Of a stretch of 25,014 nucleotides of DNA, positions 23,610-25,014 are shown in pieces. This DNA comes from a virus (lineage: Duplodnaviria > Caudoviricetes): IMG/VR virus record IMGVR_UViG_3300017589_000016, positions 1 through 25,014 of that record; one strand, given 5' to 3'. Numbering within the stretch: position 1 is the first letter of the stretch; every line of letters starts with the position of its first letter. A program made the translations under genes and the position numbers. The notes under the pieces are model-generated. The model did not search any database and had not been told where the DNA came from. It worked only from the letters and a program-made list of their open reading frames with translations.

Positions 23610-24401
23610 GTGAGCGATAACAAAAGATATTACTGGTTAAAACTGAAAGAAGATTTTTTCGAAGATGACACGATTCAATGGCTGGAAGAACAGGAGAACG
23701 GTAAGGAATACACCTTGTTCTACTTGAAGCTTTGCCTAAAATCTTTGAAAACAGAAGGCTCGATGATGCGATATGTGGGCGAACGCATGATGCCATACGA
23801 CAAAAAGGCCCTTTCTAAAATAACGAATACAGATATTGACACGGTAGTCGTTGCAATGAAGCTGTTCGAATCAATCGGATTGATAGACGTTTACGAAACC
23901 GGAGAAATCTTCTTGAAACAGATCAGCGAAATGACCGGTAGCGAAACAAGTAAGGCTGAATTGATGCGAAGAAAGCGTGCTAGAGATTCAATGAGTAACA
24001 ATGTTACCGCGTTGTTACCTGATGTTACTGAAACGTTACCCAGAGAAAGAGATAGAGATAAAGAGATAGAGAAAGAGCTACAGCAAGAAGAAAAAACACC
24101 GAGCAGCAGCGGCATTGATGTGCATCTCTTCTATCAGCAGAACTTCGGAACAGAACCGCCTACCATCATTCAGGATATCGATTATTGGGTAAATGATTTG
24201 AGCGAAGAGGTTGTAATTGAAGCCTTGAAAAAAACGGCAGAAGCAGAGAAGCCATACAGCTATGCAAAAGGCATCATGAAGAAATGGTTAGGCAAAGGTA
24301 TCAAGACTATTGAACAGGTGGAGGCTGAATCAGTTTCCAACAATAGACGAAACGGAAATGGAAGGAAGGAGCCGGAAAGCTATGGAGGAATCGTTTACTA
24401 G
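23610..24401 (+). CDS. Replisome organiser / replication initiator with DnaD-like C-terminus
   Basis: KRYYWLKLKEDFF N-terminal motif; YAKGIMKKW..KGIKT C-terminus. Confidence 0.9.
   Translation: MSDNKRYYWLKLKEDFFEDDTIQWLEEQENGKEYTLFYLKLCLKSLKTEGSMMRYVGERMMPYDKKALSKITNTDIDTVVVAMKLFESIGLIDVYETGEIFLKQISEMTGSETSKAELMRRKRARDSMSNNVTALLPDVTETLPRERDRDKEIEKELQQEEKTPSSSGIDVHLFYQQNFGTEPPTIIQDIDYWVNDLSEEVVIEALKKTAEAEKPYSYAKGIMKKWLGKGIKTIEQVEAESVSNNRRNGNGRKEPESYGGIVY
23995..24076. repeat. Probable replication origin iterons within initiator gene
   Basis: GTAAC then YGTTAC x4 at 24002, 24013, 24023, 24034 (10-11 bp phasing), followed by a purine-rich AGAGAT/AGAGAA tract. Confidence 0.72.
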
Positions 24402-25014
24402 CAGCATGGGCTTGCTTGGAAATCTCCTGCTCGAGAGTGATCAGATTTGCGAGATTCACAACGAGGCGATGCATGAGTATCGGGGCCATGTCGCTTGCCA
24501 AAAGTGCCAACGCGAGAAAGTACAGAAGGAAGACGAAGAGTTAATCCTTAACCTGACAAAACGGCACGCTAAACGGATGACATTCGGCAGGTTGTATAAA
24601 GATTCCATCGTTGGTGATTACACGCTTAGAGAGGCTAATTTCGACAATTACGCTGCAGACGATGAAGAGACGGAGCGCAACAAATTGGCAGCAAGGCGCA
24701 TTGCCGGCAGATATCTGAAAGGCGAAGTATTCAACACGTTGCTGACCGGAACGGCGGGCGCCGGCAAGAGCCACTTGGCCATGGGCATCTTGAAAGCCGT
24801 GAACGAGCATGCGGATCCGTACAAGAGTTGCTTGTTCCTTTCCTTGGATGAGTTCCTGCTTGATATCCGTAGCACCTACAACGACAAATTGACGAATGAG
24901 GATGAGCGCACGATGGTCGAACGCGTTGCAACGGTTGACTTGCTTGTGATTGACGACTTAGGCGCAGAAACCGGATTTATCGGCACGGACAAGGTTGCAA
25001 CGAACTTCACGCAA
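24382..25014 (+). CDS. DnaC/IstB-like helicase loader ATPase (3'-truncated; absent from ORF track)
   Basis: CEIH...CQKC Zn motif; Walker A GTAGAGKS; Walker B LLVIDDLG; frame open to the window end. Confidence 0.9.
   Translation, partial: MEESFTSSMGLLGNLLLESDQICEIHNEAMHEYRGHVACQKCQREKVQKEDEELILNLTKRHAKRMTFGRLYKDSIVGDYTLREANFDNYAADDEETERNKLAARRIAGRYLKGEVFNTLLTGTAGAGKSHLAMGILKAVNEHADPYKSCLFLSLDEFLLDIRSTYNDKLTNEDERTMVERVATVDLLVIDDLGAETGFIGTDKVATNFTQ

Larger units (their letters stand above)
1..25014. mobile_element. Temperate siphophage genome segment (A118-like structural module), excised/virion gene order
   Basis: Continuous phage modules head-tail-lysis-attP-int-cI/cro-recombination-replication; no host genes seen. 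Confidence 0.96.

Overview
The window is about 25 kb of a temperate siphophage of a low-GC Gram-positive (Bacilli-type) host, with a Listeria A118-like head/neck/tail layout. Order: 3' part of the major capsid gene, neck genes, tail tube, chaperones, tape measure, Dit, Tal with an S74 chaperone, and a BppU/SGNH receptor-binding protein. Then come a small inserted ORF, the lysis cassette (XhlA-like, LL-H holin, two-catalytic-domain endolysin), a ~520 bp non-coding attP region, and the leftward lysogeny genes (tyrosine integrase, lipoprotein, LexA-like cI). Last is the rightward early operon (cro, Rha/KilAC antirepressor, xis-like, small ORFs, Gam-like, Sak3-like, HNH-like, replisome organiser with iterons, partial DnaC). 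Lysin, attP and int are contiguous, so this is the excised or virion configuration. The most striking unexplained signal is three ~45-55 nt promoter-plus-terminator units on the strand opposite their operons. The 5' segment of each is complementary to the start-codon region of cI, int or the gam-like gene. Also notable: a ~210 nt structured, independently transcribed candidate ncRNA next to attP, a LexA-box-like palindrome in attP, a strong internal start in the endolysin, and an in-frame amber stop between the two tail chaperone genes. All family assignments are from motif recognition and synteny by eye; no database searches were run.
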